A DNA stretch of 64,000 nt from Camelus dromedarius (lineage: Eukaryota). Shown piece after piece: positions 13,520 to 25,300 of this stretch. The stretch covers positions 86,740,001 through 86,804,000 of the forward strand of contig NC_087437.1 in the NCBI RefSeq assembly GCF_036321535.1, written 5' to 3'. Position numbers and translations under genes: made by a program. The first letter of the stretch is position 1. Each line of letters starts with the position of its first letter. The notes under the pieces are model-generated. The model was not told the origin of the DNA. It did not search any database and saw only the letters and a list, made by a program, of their open reading frames with translations.

Positions 13520-14750
13520 GTAGGGGTGTATAGATCGATGAAATAGACAAATAATCAGTAATGAAACAGAACATTTATTTTATAAAAACCCCAAGACACT
13601 TCAGTGGTTAAAACGCGAGTCTTCTCAACAAATGGCACTGGAAAAATTAGATTTTCACATATAAAAACTAACTTGATATTGACTAGGGATCTAAATGGAA
13701 GTACTATATCTGTAAAATTTCAAAAGGAAATGAAAGTAGATAAAAATCTTTGTGACTTTGAATTAGGAACTTATATTTTTCAAAAGTTGCTGTAGAGGGA
13801 AAAAACAGGTCATAGGCTGTGAAAAAAATATTTGCAGAACACATATCTGATGCCAGATTTGCACCAGAAATATATGAAACATTTTCACAACCCAATAATA
13901 AAAACACAGAAAAACAATTATAAAGTGGACAAAATATTTGAACAAATACTTTACCAAGGAAAATATGCAAATGGTTAAAAACCATATAAGAATATGCTTA
14001 ACCTCTTTAGTCATCAGAAAAGTGCAAATAAAGCCATAACTGCGATATCACTATGCAACTACTCATATGGCTAAGATAAAATTGATAATAACTAAAGATG
14101 CTCAGAATCTGGAGCAACCAGAAATCTCATATATTGTCGCTGGGAATGAAAAATTGGATAGTGACTTTGGAAAACATTTTGGCAGTTTCTTATATATGTG
14201 AACATTTATCTTATGATCCTTACATTCAATCCCAAGATAATTTGCCCCAAAGAAATGGAAACATGTTCACACAAAGTCCTACAATAGAATATTCTTATAA
14301 GCTTTATTCTTAAAGAAAAAAAAAAAAGAGGAGAAAGAAAAAACTGAATACAACCCAAATACCCATGAACTGGTAATGGATAAAAAATCTGATAGGATAT
14401 TATTCAACTATATAAAAAAAGGATGGGTCATTAATACATGCAACAGCATGGATGAATCTCAAAAGCATACGTTAAGCGGAAGAAGAGGAAAACATAAATA
14501 CTACATGATTCCGTTTATATGTCGTTCTGGAAAAGACAGAACTGTAGGGATAGAAAATAGAACGGTGTTTGCCAAGAGCTTAGGATGGAAAAGGGGGTTG
14601 ACTACAAAGAGACATAAGGGAATTTGGGAGTGGGTAATGGATGTGTTCTATATCTTAATTGTGATGATATTTATACAACTGCATATATTTGTCAAAACAC
14701 ATCAAACTCTGGATGTGAAATGTTGGTTTTATTGTATTTCCATGAAAAGA
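13520..14750 (+). mobile_element. Old LINE-1 (L1MC/L1ME-like) ORF2 3' part and 3'UTR
   Basis: 'cttctcaacaaatggcactggaaaaattaga', 'tagtcatcagaaaagtgcaaataaagcc', 'tacatgcaacagcatggatgaatctcaaaagcat', 'tttgtcaaaacacatcaaact'. Confidence 0.88.
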
Positions 14751-14794
14751 CATACTTAAACATCCTAATGAGGTTTATCTAACTACTTTAAATG

Positions 14795-14948
14795 AAATGT
14801 ATCTTGCATCTCTGATCCTCCTCATCTTACTCTACTTTTTTTCCCCAGAGCACTTATAACTTTCTAATGTACTATTTATTGATTTACTTGCTTATTTATT
14901 ATGTTTATGGTTTACTGTCTGAGTCTCCTGCTAAACTATAGCTTCCAT
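14795..14948 (+). mobile_element. L2 3'-region fragment
   Basis: 'agcacttataactttctaatgtactatttatt...tttactgtctgagtctcc...ctatagcttcc' resembles the L2a 3' end. Confidence 0.55.
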
Positions 14949-14949
14949 T

Positions 14950-15562
14950 AGTAGTATATGTGGTGGTGTGCTACCCAGATTCCCCACTCAGAACTGAGTC
15001 ACTTATTACACTTAGTTCCTGCAAATGTTGGAGGTTGACACACGAAGATGGATCTTTCTGTAGGAATTTCCCTAGGTCCAAGAGGACCACCTGGCCTAAG
15101 CTCACATCCCATTCATGAAGGAAGCACATACTTGTTGACTCTTCAGAGGTGGTCTGGGTTCCATTTACATTGGGTGCAGAATATAAAAATGGTATTTACA
15201 TTTTTAAAAGGTCAATAAAGGGGGCAAGAGGAAGAAGAGAAGGAGAGGAGGAGAAATAGAACATGTGACAGAGAATGCATGTTACCCACAAAGGCAAAAA
15301 TATTTACTACCTGGTATTTAAAGAAACAGTCTGCTGACCCCTGAACTAGTTGGTGTAGGAATATAAAGTCCTGACCTATTTGGTTGTAGGGTTACAGCTC
15401 TGAAGGAACACCCCATAAGATTGACTGAGCCCTTTTTGTGACTATATGCCAGTTCCTTCTTCCCTCCTCCTGAATTCTTGATAGCAATGATACTCCCACT
15501 TAAAGCGTTGCATGCAAATGTTTGTTTCAGAATCCATTTCCCAGGAAATCTGACTCAAGACA
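14950..15562 (+). mobile_element. LTR16-family (ERVL) LTR
   Basis: Starts 'tgtggtggtgtgctacccagattcccc' and ends 'ttgcatgcaaat...cagaatccatttcccaggaaatctgactcaagaca', typical LTR16 termini. Interrupted by a MER58-like element. Confidence 0.75.
15160..15343. mobile_element. MER58-like hAT-Charlie element nested in the LTR16
   Basis: 'aaaaatggtatttacatttttaaa...tgtgacagaga...cccacaaaggcaaaaatatttactacctgg...tgctgacccctg'. Confidence 0.7.
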
Positions 15563-16660
15563 ATTGATGCTAGATTGGTCGGTGGAAGCAGACTCAGAAA
15601 TGAAACTCCAGATTTGGACCACTTATTGGTAAGTTAGTAACGAGCACCTCTTCACTGGTAGTGGATGGCACACTAATAACCCCAGTGGATTGCACCAATG
15701 CGATTGTGAAAGTTTTACTGATAGTCCACTAGGATGGACTACCACTATAAAAGAATTCAACGGCAGGTATAGTATCTCAGAAAAGTGAGGGTTTGGGGGA
15801 AATGTTAATTATAACAACAGTGGAATCAGATAGGCTTTGCTGAATACCATTGCCCTATTGGAAAAATACAGTGAACGAAAAGCTAAGGGTACCTGATCAT
15901 CAAATGAAGGTGGAGTGTGAATGTGAGAGGCCCTTCTTAGCAAAATTTTTAAAAGTCCTTCATCTCTTGCATGCACCCAAAGGGCAGAAAATAATTGAGA
16001 TTCAGGCTTAGGAATTGATAATAAAAGTAATAGAGATGCATACAGAGAGATTTGAGTTCGCAATTTCTCATCTGCTTTGCCAGGGTCAGGGCTTTGGTTG
16101 GGCAAAAATCAAAAACAAAAACTATGTATTTAAAAATTCCATATCCCTCTAAACTCTGCAAATATGGCCAGTCCTCCTTGTTTAAGACTAGTATCCCTCT
16201 TGCTTAAGGAAAATATATACCGTGTATCCTCCTCAAATCCTATACTCACCTTATCTTCTTGCTGACAAATCAGTAAGTACATCAAATCACAGCATAAGCA
16301 GGCTAAGGAAATGTGACCCAATGAAGAAAAAGGGAATACTCCCCCTGACTGTCAGACCTCACCTATATGCATAGGCAAAGTTAGGGAAGTATGCGTGGGA
16401 CTGGATTCTAAGGTTGCAGGATTGATGGGGCAGAACATAAGGTTTAATAAGGGAATATTTATCTTAAGGTATTTTGTCCAAATATATATTAGCTCTCTGG
16501 TAACGACTATGGGAGACAGTACTAACATGTTGCTAAGATGGCTTTTGGAAACTTGCAGAAAGTAATGGCTCACACAAAATAAAGTAGAAATGTCAAAATT
16601 ATGAAGCAGGCAGTATAAAAAGGAATAAAAGAACTCATAGAACTGGGCATGCAATACTAT
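15563..16660 (+). mobile_element. Decayed ERVL internal sequence (ERV3-16A3_I-like leader/gag region)
   Basis: Directly follows the LTR 3' end. Contains ERVL gag-like phrases such as 'gtgggactggattctaaggttg', 'aacataaggtttaataagggaatatttat' and 'ttgctaagatggcttttggaaacttg'. No intact ORF. Confidence 0.65.
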
Positions 16661-16661
16661 G

Positions 16662-17153
16662 TGTATTAGTCTGGGTTCCCCAGAGAAACAGAACCAGTGG
16701 TGTAACCAGTATTACATATAATATATGAATATTGGCTCACACAATTATGGAGACTGAGAAGTCCCAAGATCTACAGTCAGCAGGCTGGAGACCCAGAGAG
16801 CCGGGAGAGTCAGTGGTAAGTTTTAGTCTGAGTACAATGGTCTGAGAACCTGGAGAGCTGATGGTAAAAATTTCATTCCAACTGAGTCCAAAGGCAAGAA
16901 ATGACCAATGTCTCAGCTAAGAGACAGGCAGAGAGAGCAAATTATCCCTTACTCAGCCTTTGTGTTCCATTCAAGCCTTCAAAGAATTGGATGAGGCCCA
17001 CCCACATGGGGAAGGGCAATCTGATTTACTCAGTTTACTAATTCAAATGTTAATCTTATCCAGAAACACACAGACATACTCAGGAGAGTGTTTAACCAAA
17101 TATCTTCACATCACATGGCCTAGTCAAGCTGACACATAAAATTAGCCATGACA
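16662..17153 (-). mobile_element. MLT2 (MLT2B/C/D-like) ERVL solo LTR
   Basis: 'tgtattagtctgggttccccagagaaacagaacc', 'ttggctcacacaattatggagactgagaagtcccaagatc', ending 'ctagtcaagctgacacataaaattagccatgaca'. TG...CA termini. Confidence 0.9.
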
Positions 17154-17184
17154 AGTAATCAGCCTTCTTCACTCAATTTCACTA

Positions 17185-17545
17185 AGTTAGGTTCTTTGGA
17201 AAGATCAAGAAAATAGACCAAAATTCTGACATATGCTACAACACGGATGAAACTTGAGGACATTACCTAAGTGAAATAAAAAGATAAATAGTGTATGATT
17301 CCACTTATATGAGATACCTAGGGAAATCAAAATCATAGAGACAGAAAGTAGAATGATGGCTACCAGGGGCTGGGAGGAGGGAGAAAGGGGAGTTATTGCT
17401 TAATGGGCAGAAAGTTTCAGTTTTGCAAGATGAAAACTGTTCTGAAGATGGATGGTGGTGATGATTGCACAACAGTATGAATGCACTTAATATCCCTGTT
17501 ATACTTAAAAATGTATTTTACCTCAATAAAAATTGAAAAAAAATT
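17185..17545 (+). mobile_element. LINE-1 (L1MB-like) 3' end fragment
   Basis: 'tgctacaacacggatgaaacttgaggacatta', 'tgtatgattccacttatatgaga', 'gtttcagttttgcaagatgaaaa', ending in aataaa plus an A tail. Confidence 0.88.
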
Positions 17546-18419
17546 AACATAGAATGATTATCATGGAAATAAAGAAGACAGGAAAAATGCATGAGATCTT
17601 AAATGTCCACATATATTAAATCTTTAAGAAGAAGCATCCGGTAGCATGGTGTCTAATAACAGCCTTGAGGGGAAATTGCTTATTAGTGACTTAAAGGGAA
17701 CCATGTCATCTGTTGAATTACTAGCATTATTTCCCCTTGCACCTGGATTTTCCTTGGAGGTCATTCTCCAAACATTAGCCAGATTTGACCCTGCTGAGCT
17801 TGAGAGCTCTGATGAGCTCATAGCCCAAGGTGGTGTAGTTTTAAGATTGCATTTCAGTAAGAGTATAGCTGTCACAGATGAAAATGCAGGAGCATATTTA
17901 TGTCTTCGTGTAATCCATTCATTGCTTTTTATAGACCTGAAGTTCTCAGGGGAGTGACACAAATTCACATAATATTCCTATGTGTTACAATTTGTATTTT
18001 GATCTCCAACTGACAGACTTTTTAATAATAACCAGAATACTCCCTAGTGAATGCACACATGTAGACATTAAGAGTAAAAATTAGCTTAGTGATTAAAGTC
18101 AGCATTCAGTTATTCTGAATTACTTTTTAATTTTATTCTGCTCTGACTTTCAGTTGAGTAATACAATTTCAGTTTGAATTTGTATTAGCTCTCTCCCCAA
18201 TGTCTTAGTTTCTCAGTGTGTACCCAGATAATCACTAAGTGGAATGCCACTTCGGACACTCTTGGCTATTTCCCACAAGTATGAACAGAGCAAAAGTTTT
18301 TAAAATAATTTAGAGACTACACAGTAAGCACCTACTATTTTCAAGTACTTAAAGTTATAAAAACAAATGAAGCATAATATGTAAGAATACAATATATGAA
18401 TAAAATAGAATGTCTTGAC

Positions 18420-18790
18420 TTTATTATAGTGCTGACAAGTAGACAACATGATGAAATAAGACTGATTTTTCAAGTGTAAGTTTTATGAAATCTAAATGCA
18501 GATCAGGTATTTCCAGTGAAATCTTAGAGTCTGAATTGAAATGTGTTGTAAGTGTAAAAGACAAATTGAATATCTGACACTGAGTATGAACAAGAGAATT
18601 CACAATATCTGATGGTTAATGTTTTGAATTGATAACATGTTGAACTGATAATATTTTGGATCTATTGGGTTACATACAATCTATTTTTGATACTAATTTC
18701 AATGGTTTCTTTTTACTCTTCTTGAATGTGGTTACTAAAAAATAAACTTAAATATTTGGGTTGCATTATAACTCCATTAATTAGTGCTGA
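18420..18790. mobile_element. Charlie1/MER33-like hAT transposon fragment
   Basis: 'tctgaattgaaatgtgttgtaagtgtaaaa', 'acatgttgaactgataatattttggatctattgggtta', ending 'agtgctg'. Confidence 0.75.
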
Positions 18791-18796
18791 TCTTGA

Positions 18797-18965
18797 TTCT
18801 TGTTACTCAGTTTGTAAGACACAAACCAGAAGCATTGGCATCACCTGGGAGCTTCAAAGAAATGCAGAATCTCAGGCTCCATCCCAGATCTACTAAATAC
18901 AAACCTGAATTTTGACAATTTCCCCAAGTGATTTGTATGCACGTTAAATGTAGTGAAGCATGGAT
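18797..18965. mobile_element. MER5A-like hAT element
   Basis: 'agcattggcatcacctgggagctt...aaatgcagaatctcaggctccatcccagatctact...ccccaagtgatttgtatgcacgttaaa'. Confidence 0.85.
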
Positions 18966-19744
18966 CTAGACAACTATGTAAGATTTTAGTCTATTCCCCT
19001 TCAGTTCTACCTTTCTCTTTACTATGTTCTTTAAAATTATGTTTCAGTCTTATTTAAAATCTGCAAAGGATACAGGTTAATGTTCACATAAAGTGCAAAC
19101 TTCTTCCTTAGCCTGGCACACAAGTAGTTTCTTGCTGCTAACTCTCCAACCTCCTCTTCTTTGTCTAATAACTGACATATAATCATTAGTGCATTACTTG
19201 TTCTCCAGAAATACTCTGTTATTTTCTACTGCTTGTTTTTGTATATGTTGTTTCCTCCGTCTTGAATATCTTTCTCTTTCTAGTCAAATGAGGATTTTTT
19301 AAAGATAAATTATCCAAAACTTTTAAATAAAGCAAAGAGGATACCTGCATTTCCTTTCATAATCATACTGAAGAATTGTTTATTAGGGCTGCCCAAGGAT
19401 AAACGTAAGGTTTTTGTTTTTGTTTTTTCCTAGAATACTATGCCATTGTTTGTGCTATTCCCTAATAATCAATTGTTCAGACTCTTTGAAGTTCCATCTT
19501 AACCTGCATATTGCACCCAATAAGAAGCAAATGATTTTATTAGAGGAGATAACCCAAAAGGATATACTTTACTGCCACAAGAACATTAATTTTGTTTTTG
19601 TTGATATTCTCTACCTAATAAGACATTTCATAACTTCCTATTTGTTTTTAAACATGATTTCCTTTACTTCCTTGGGCACATTTGCAATATGTGCTTTTAC
19701 GTATTTGACTCAATTTGAACATCATTTGAATCTTCTTGCTGCTC

Positions 19745-21160
19745 TTTTTCCCTGTGTGTGGGTCTCACTGCTGCTTCTTTGTGTAACTCATATTTTTTTC
19801 TTGTTAAAACTGAGTATTTTAGATCATAAATTGTAGCAACTCTGGGTACTGATTCTGTCTCCTTTCCAGGACTCGTTGCTGTTTGCTTATGTATTTGTCT
19901 AGTGACTTGGCTTGACTAATTCAGTGAAGTCTGTTTCTCTCTCCCTGTGAGTCTGATGTTCATCCTAATAGGGCACTTCCTTGGGCCTGAGCATAGTCAC
20001 CTGGTATGACAGTGGTGTCAGCAGGGCTTTCTTTAACTATCTTTCTCCTGGTCTGTCTGTTCAGCTGTCCACCTCTGTTGGTATCAGACCCAAATGTTAG
20101 GCTTCACTGTCAGCTGATTGCTCCTTTATCTTTGTTAATGAGCTAGAGCAAAAATAACTTCACAGTATGATTCTGTTAAATGCAAGGCCCTTTGTAGGAA
20201 AAGTTTTTGAGGCCAATTTTTGAGACTTGTGACATCATGAAGACTCTTCTTAGCTGCCTATTTCCTTCGTTCTCTGTAACCTATGGTTTAACTTGTTGTT
20301 CTAGGGGAGCCACCAGCCTCCCTTTAATTGCGTACCACCAGAATCTCCATTGTCTTCAAATTTTAGTTGTAAACTTCCCCATACTCTGTTCTAAATAAAG
20401 GCATTTCCTTTGGGAAGAGTTTTGGAACTCTCTATTCTTACGGCCTTTCCTCTCGTGTAAAAATCTCTGAGCCATGGTTCTGGAGCTGGGGGCAGAGACA
20501 GAGCCCTACTTCTTTTGGAATGAGACCTCTGGTTATGAGTAAGTTGTAGGACAGAGATGGTCTTCTTGGCTTGCTTCTTCTGATAGAACCTCTACACTGT
20601 GATTTTGCTGGAGTGAAGGTGATTGGAGGCCCAGTATTCTCTGCCTGTTATTCCTGGCCTCAAGCATCCATCTACCAGTGAGTGCTGGGTTGATAAATGG
20701 AAACCCAGTCTCTCAGCTATACTTACCTGGAATTTTGCTTCTACAACATGCAACTGGGTAGGGGACAGGTATGAGAAATACTGGAAGCTTGACCCTCCAG
20801 GGGAATACTGTGGCCCCTGACTAAGGACTGGAGGTAGAAGAATCCCACTGTTTTGGTGTTAATTATTCAGAATGGAGCTTCCATCACCTTGAGCTGTGTG
20901 TGTGGAAGTGGGGGAGGGAGTGGGCCATGGCCCAAGTGCCACAGATTCTCACTGTTCTTACTGAGATTTAGTAGAGTTTCTTGAATAAATGTTTCTTCAT
21001 ATACTGGGTGCCTATATGCCCTTAGAATGATTTCAGAGACTTTAAATGGCTTTTTTGTTTTGCTTTTTAAAAACAAAATTTTCAAGCTGTGGTTGTTTGG
21101 CTGCAGAGCAGGTGGGTCCACGGAGCTCCTCACACCACCATTCTGGAAGTGGATCTCTAA
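19745..21160 (-). mobile_element. Old LINE-1 5'UTR/ORF1-start fragment
   Basis: GC-richer block ending 'gagctcctcacaccaccattctggaagt', an old L1 5' terminus read on the minus strand. Also 'gagatttagtagagtttcttgaataaatgtttcttcat' and 'attttagatcataaattgtagcaactctg'. Confidence 0.72.
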
Positions 21161-22328
21161 CTTTGTATCTATGCTCATAATATCATTTTGATATTTTTAA
21201 AAAATAGTGATGCCATTCCTGATGGCTTACAGGAAACTGTTTTTCTTGAATGCCACTGGTAATAGGTTGACCATTTTACTGGTTCCCTCATTAGTTAATA
21301 ACTTGAATAATAAAGTCTTTGACACGTTTATTCTATATCTATAAGAGGTCATACTGTGATATTCCAACTCCTGTTCATGCGTATGTTCCTTGTGGAGACC
21401 CACTGATACCCCAATATAGAATTAAACACTTCTTGATGTTTGCCACTTTACACTGTGAATATTTCTATGAGGTTTATCATATGCCATTATTATCATCCAT
21501 CTACCTTATTCTAATGCAGCGTGGTGTTACAGGCAATGCTTTAGTCATGTTGCTTTACTTATTTATTTCATTTAATTCAAGTTCTCCTTCTTCCTTTATG
21601 TTTTATCTATATTGTGACATTTGCCCTTTTGATGACCTGTCTAAATTTTTTTGAAAGAGCTATAAACAAACAATAATAAATTCAATTGAATTAGCACATA
21701 CTCTTTGGGACTTAGTTTCCTCTTTTATAAACTAAAGGACAGAGATCACTGTCTGCTCACCTCTTTCTTAGCATAATTTTAATAGATTGTATGGTTTTAA
21801 AAAGGGTATCTGTCTTTATGTTATCTGAACAAAGACTGCTTTTTCTCTAAGATTGAAGAAAGAGAAATAAGGAGGTAAAATAGAAAACATTTCTGTTTCT
21901 TCCACACGTATATAAAGAATGAGTGAGGCACACACACAAAAATGCATGCTTCAGAAATACAGTACTCCAGATTCAACTTGTGTGATAACCCAACACATAC
22001 TACAGTCTCATGGACAAATGTTAACTCAGTTTTTAGCTCTGTTACTTACTTGGTCTGAATGTAGGGTCATGTTCTTAACCACTTGGACTCAATTTCTTCA
22101 TATGTACAATAGGACTATTAACATCTAGAATTAAAAAACAAAATAAGAATATGACATAAGCCAACTCTCCACTAAGAAGTCTATTGTGTGCAAAGACAGA
22201 TCAGGAAGTATGGGTTAATATAGAAACATACCTAGAAATCCATCTCCTACTATTAAATGCATACGACTTCTTTTTAAGTTAAGGGATTTCTATTTTGTGT
22301 CTGAATAATACTAATTGTATTCTAAAAT

Positions 22329-22372
22329 ATGCCTTACACAGGCATATTTTATGCCTTACACAGGCATATTTT
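22329..22372. repeat. Exact 22-bp tandem duplication of a palindromic unit
   Basis: atgccttacacaggcatatttt occurs twice (22329-22350 and 22351-22372). Confidence 0.95.
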
Positions 22373-25300
22373 ATATTCAATATATGTGACATATTCTATT
22401 TATGTAAAAAATGAAATACTTTTCATGTGGTCCTTTTTTTCCTTTTCATTCAGCATGCAGTCATTTTTTTCTCCCCAATTATACCAAGGCCCTTCTATGT
22501 ATATAGCATTCTGAAAGGTATTAGCATAACTTCAGCATGTTTATAGTATCCACCTGCAAGGAAATCAATTTTTTACAGACTAGATCTGGTCCTTTGAAAG
22601 ACAAACATTTCTGGTTTTGTTTTAATACAGCTTTAACTATCATGACATAATAGCTGAAACTCCACGTTAGCCATCTCTTGTAAAAACCTTTCTGGTAAGC
22701 TGTTAATTTCAAATTTTACATGCAGATTTTAAGTCATTTGGTTTTATTTTGAGTTAATTATATTTGGGTCTTCATTAAAATGAAATCTCTAAAGGTGCTG
22801 AATTTCATGGATGACTCTTTTAAAACCATCCAGAAATCTAACACCTTGTATACATATCGATGGGTTTGATTAGCTGGCATTACACTTGGGGGCTTTATGC
22901 AGAATTAACAGTTTTAAAGTTTATGTTATAATTAAAATAATGTGTAAAATAATTTGACAAGTCAGTAATGGAATAATGCTTTTGAGATATCAATCTATGT
23001 CCTTTATTTCTCCAGTATGCCTTCTTTTCCTTGGTTTTTCAGAAACAACTAATCTGAACTGATTGCCCTCCAAGGAGGGACATGATAAGATAGAAAAAAG
23101 ATTTCCAGAATTTCTGTGTTTGTTTCCCTAAAACTTAAGCTCTTTGTCCTATATGAAAAGCAAATGCATACAGCGGCCAAGACAGGACCTATGGAAGAGG
23201 GAAATGAGCAGGTGTAAGAGGAATAGCAGTGAAAGATCATTGATGAATGGCCACTGAAACTCGTCTCAGTTTTCAGGAGTGCTGGGAACTAGAGAATATG
23301 GAATAGAGAACATGAGTTTCTTCTTAGGTGAGCAGCTCTAACTCAGTATGATATATTTTTTTTGTGTGATACAGGAATGGGGGTCTCCTGAAACCCAATT
23401 TTAAAAATTTCTAGGAGAAGCTGGAAATCCAGATTTTAAAGCTAATAATTTAAATTTATTTATTTTAATAAAATTATGTAAGAAAATCCTCCCTATATCA
23501 AAGAGTGATGATATTTGGTGTTGATTTTTTTTTCCCATTGGTTTAGAATTTACCACATGAATTTTGGTTTTGGAGATTAAGGATGAAATAACTTTGAAAA
23601 CTATTATTGGGAAAGCATTTTCCTATTTATCAAACTCATTTTGTTCAGATTAGAAGAGTCTGAGATTTTGTGTCAGGAGTAGTAGACAGGAGGCAGTGAA
23701 AATTAAAAATATGTAAATCCTCTAAAAGGGATGTGCACCGAGGAAGTGGAAACACTCCAGAGAAGGAATGGTTTTGTCATTCTTAAGTGTGACAGCAGAG
23801 AGCCTCTTACAAACTTGAGAGCCCTTTGGCACTTTGTGAAATACTGACGAGCTTCCAGGATCCCTAAAGTTGGCACAGTAAGGCAGGCAGGAAACACAGG
23901 CAGACAGGACATCTTGATGGAGAGCTGTGTGAATGACCGACTGAGAAGGATGCTCTCCTGCCCCAGAAAGCCCAAGCATTCCATGACCCTCCTTTCCTCA
24001 GCTCCTCTTTGCCCTTTTGTCTTACGCAAGTCGGCCAGGAATTTTACTGAGGAGACTAAGGTAAAAGTTTCCTAGCAGTTCAGCAGGATTAAGGCTCAAA
24101 GTAAATAAAGTTAGTTCTAGCAAAATAAAGTTATATTTCTGTACACCTGAATTTAAATGTGTTATACTTTAGGTAAATATTAATCATTTGTTGCTTTTAT
24201 AGACTGTGGCTCTTATCTCTCTCTTCCTACATATAACTTACTCTGGTTAATTTATTCATTCTAAGAATTCATAGGTAAATTCATGGCAAATTGAAAGACA
24301 CATGCAGTGAGATAAAGATAAGTCAGCATAATGTAATAATGGTATAAGCGCAAATTCAAAAACAAAAGTTTGATACGGGATATGAACAAAGAGAAATTAA
24401 CACAAGGAAGACTTCTTATGGAAAACTACATGCTACATATATTATAAATAGGTCTTGAAAGCCAAAAAAGAAAAAAAGAGAGAGAAGAGAACAAAATGCA
24501 GCAGAACATGAAACAGAAACAAACAAAATGCAAACGCAGAAGAAAGCTGGCAATTAACGTTTTCTGTCTTTCTACAAAGACTGTTTGAAGGTGGTCTGAA
24601 GAATACTAGATGCCTTCTATAATTTTTCAGGTAGCCTACAGTTTTTATTCAGTGTGTTTATAATCTGCCCAAACTGTCATATCGGTTGCAAGAAACTTTT
24701 TGATTTGCAATAGTACTTAGAAGGTTTGGATAGGTAATCTCAATGCATAACCATCAGTTAGACAAACATTGGATGGCACTAATTTATGGGCTCAGCACTA
24801 TACTAAAAGCCTTGAAATGATCAATTATATTTACACATGGACCTGCCCACAAGAAATGGACTTCTGTTTTGTTAGTCATAATTAATATTATGTTTTCTCT
24901 ACTGTGAAATAACACATTACAGTAAAACAATGTGTGTCACATTACTTCTGTGAAACTTATGAAATATGAGCAAGGGCAGCATTAGGTCAAATTTTTCATG
25001 ACATATAGCAGGTGAGGAAGTTTTGTAATTTTTTTCCCTTGGCCAGTTTTCTCAGCATAATGTATTGAATATTTATTTTATACTGGTTTATGACATTTCA
25101 TTATTACATAACACTTCTATATATATACATTCTATTTAAGGGAAATCTAGTCTCTTTCATTGATCATTTTTATTTGTACAAAGCACGTGCTATTTACTTT
25201 ATTACTGCTCTAATTTGTGTTTTAATATCTGTTCCTCTTTCATAATTCTTAAATATTAACTTAGGTTTTCTCAATATTAACTTTAGCTGTCCTTTATATA

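Noticed and set aside
19414..19836. 140-aa hydrophobic ORF
   Set aside because: It has a TTG start and an F/L/I-rich composition typical of T-rich non-coding DNA, and it runs into an L1.
20719..20732. 'atacttacctgg', identical to the U1 snRNA 5' end
   Set aside because: The match stops after 12 nt and lies inside an L1 5'UTR. It is just a consensus splice-donor word on the minus strand, not a U1 gene.
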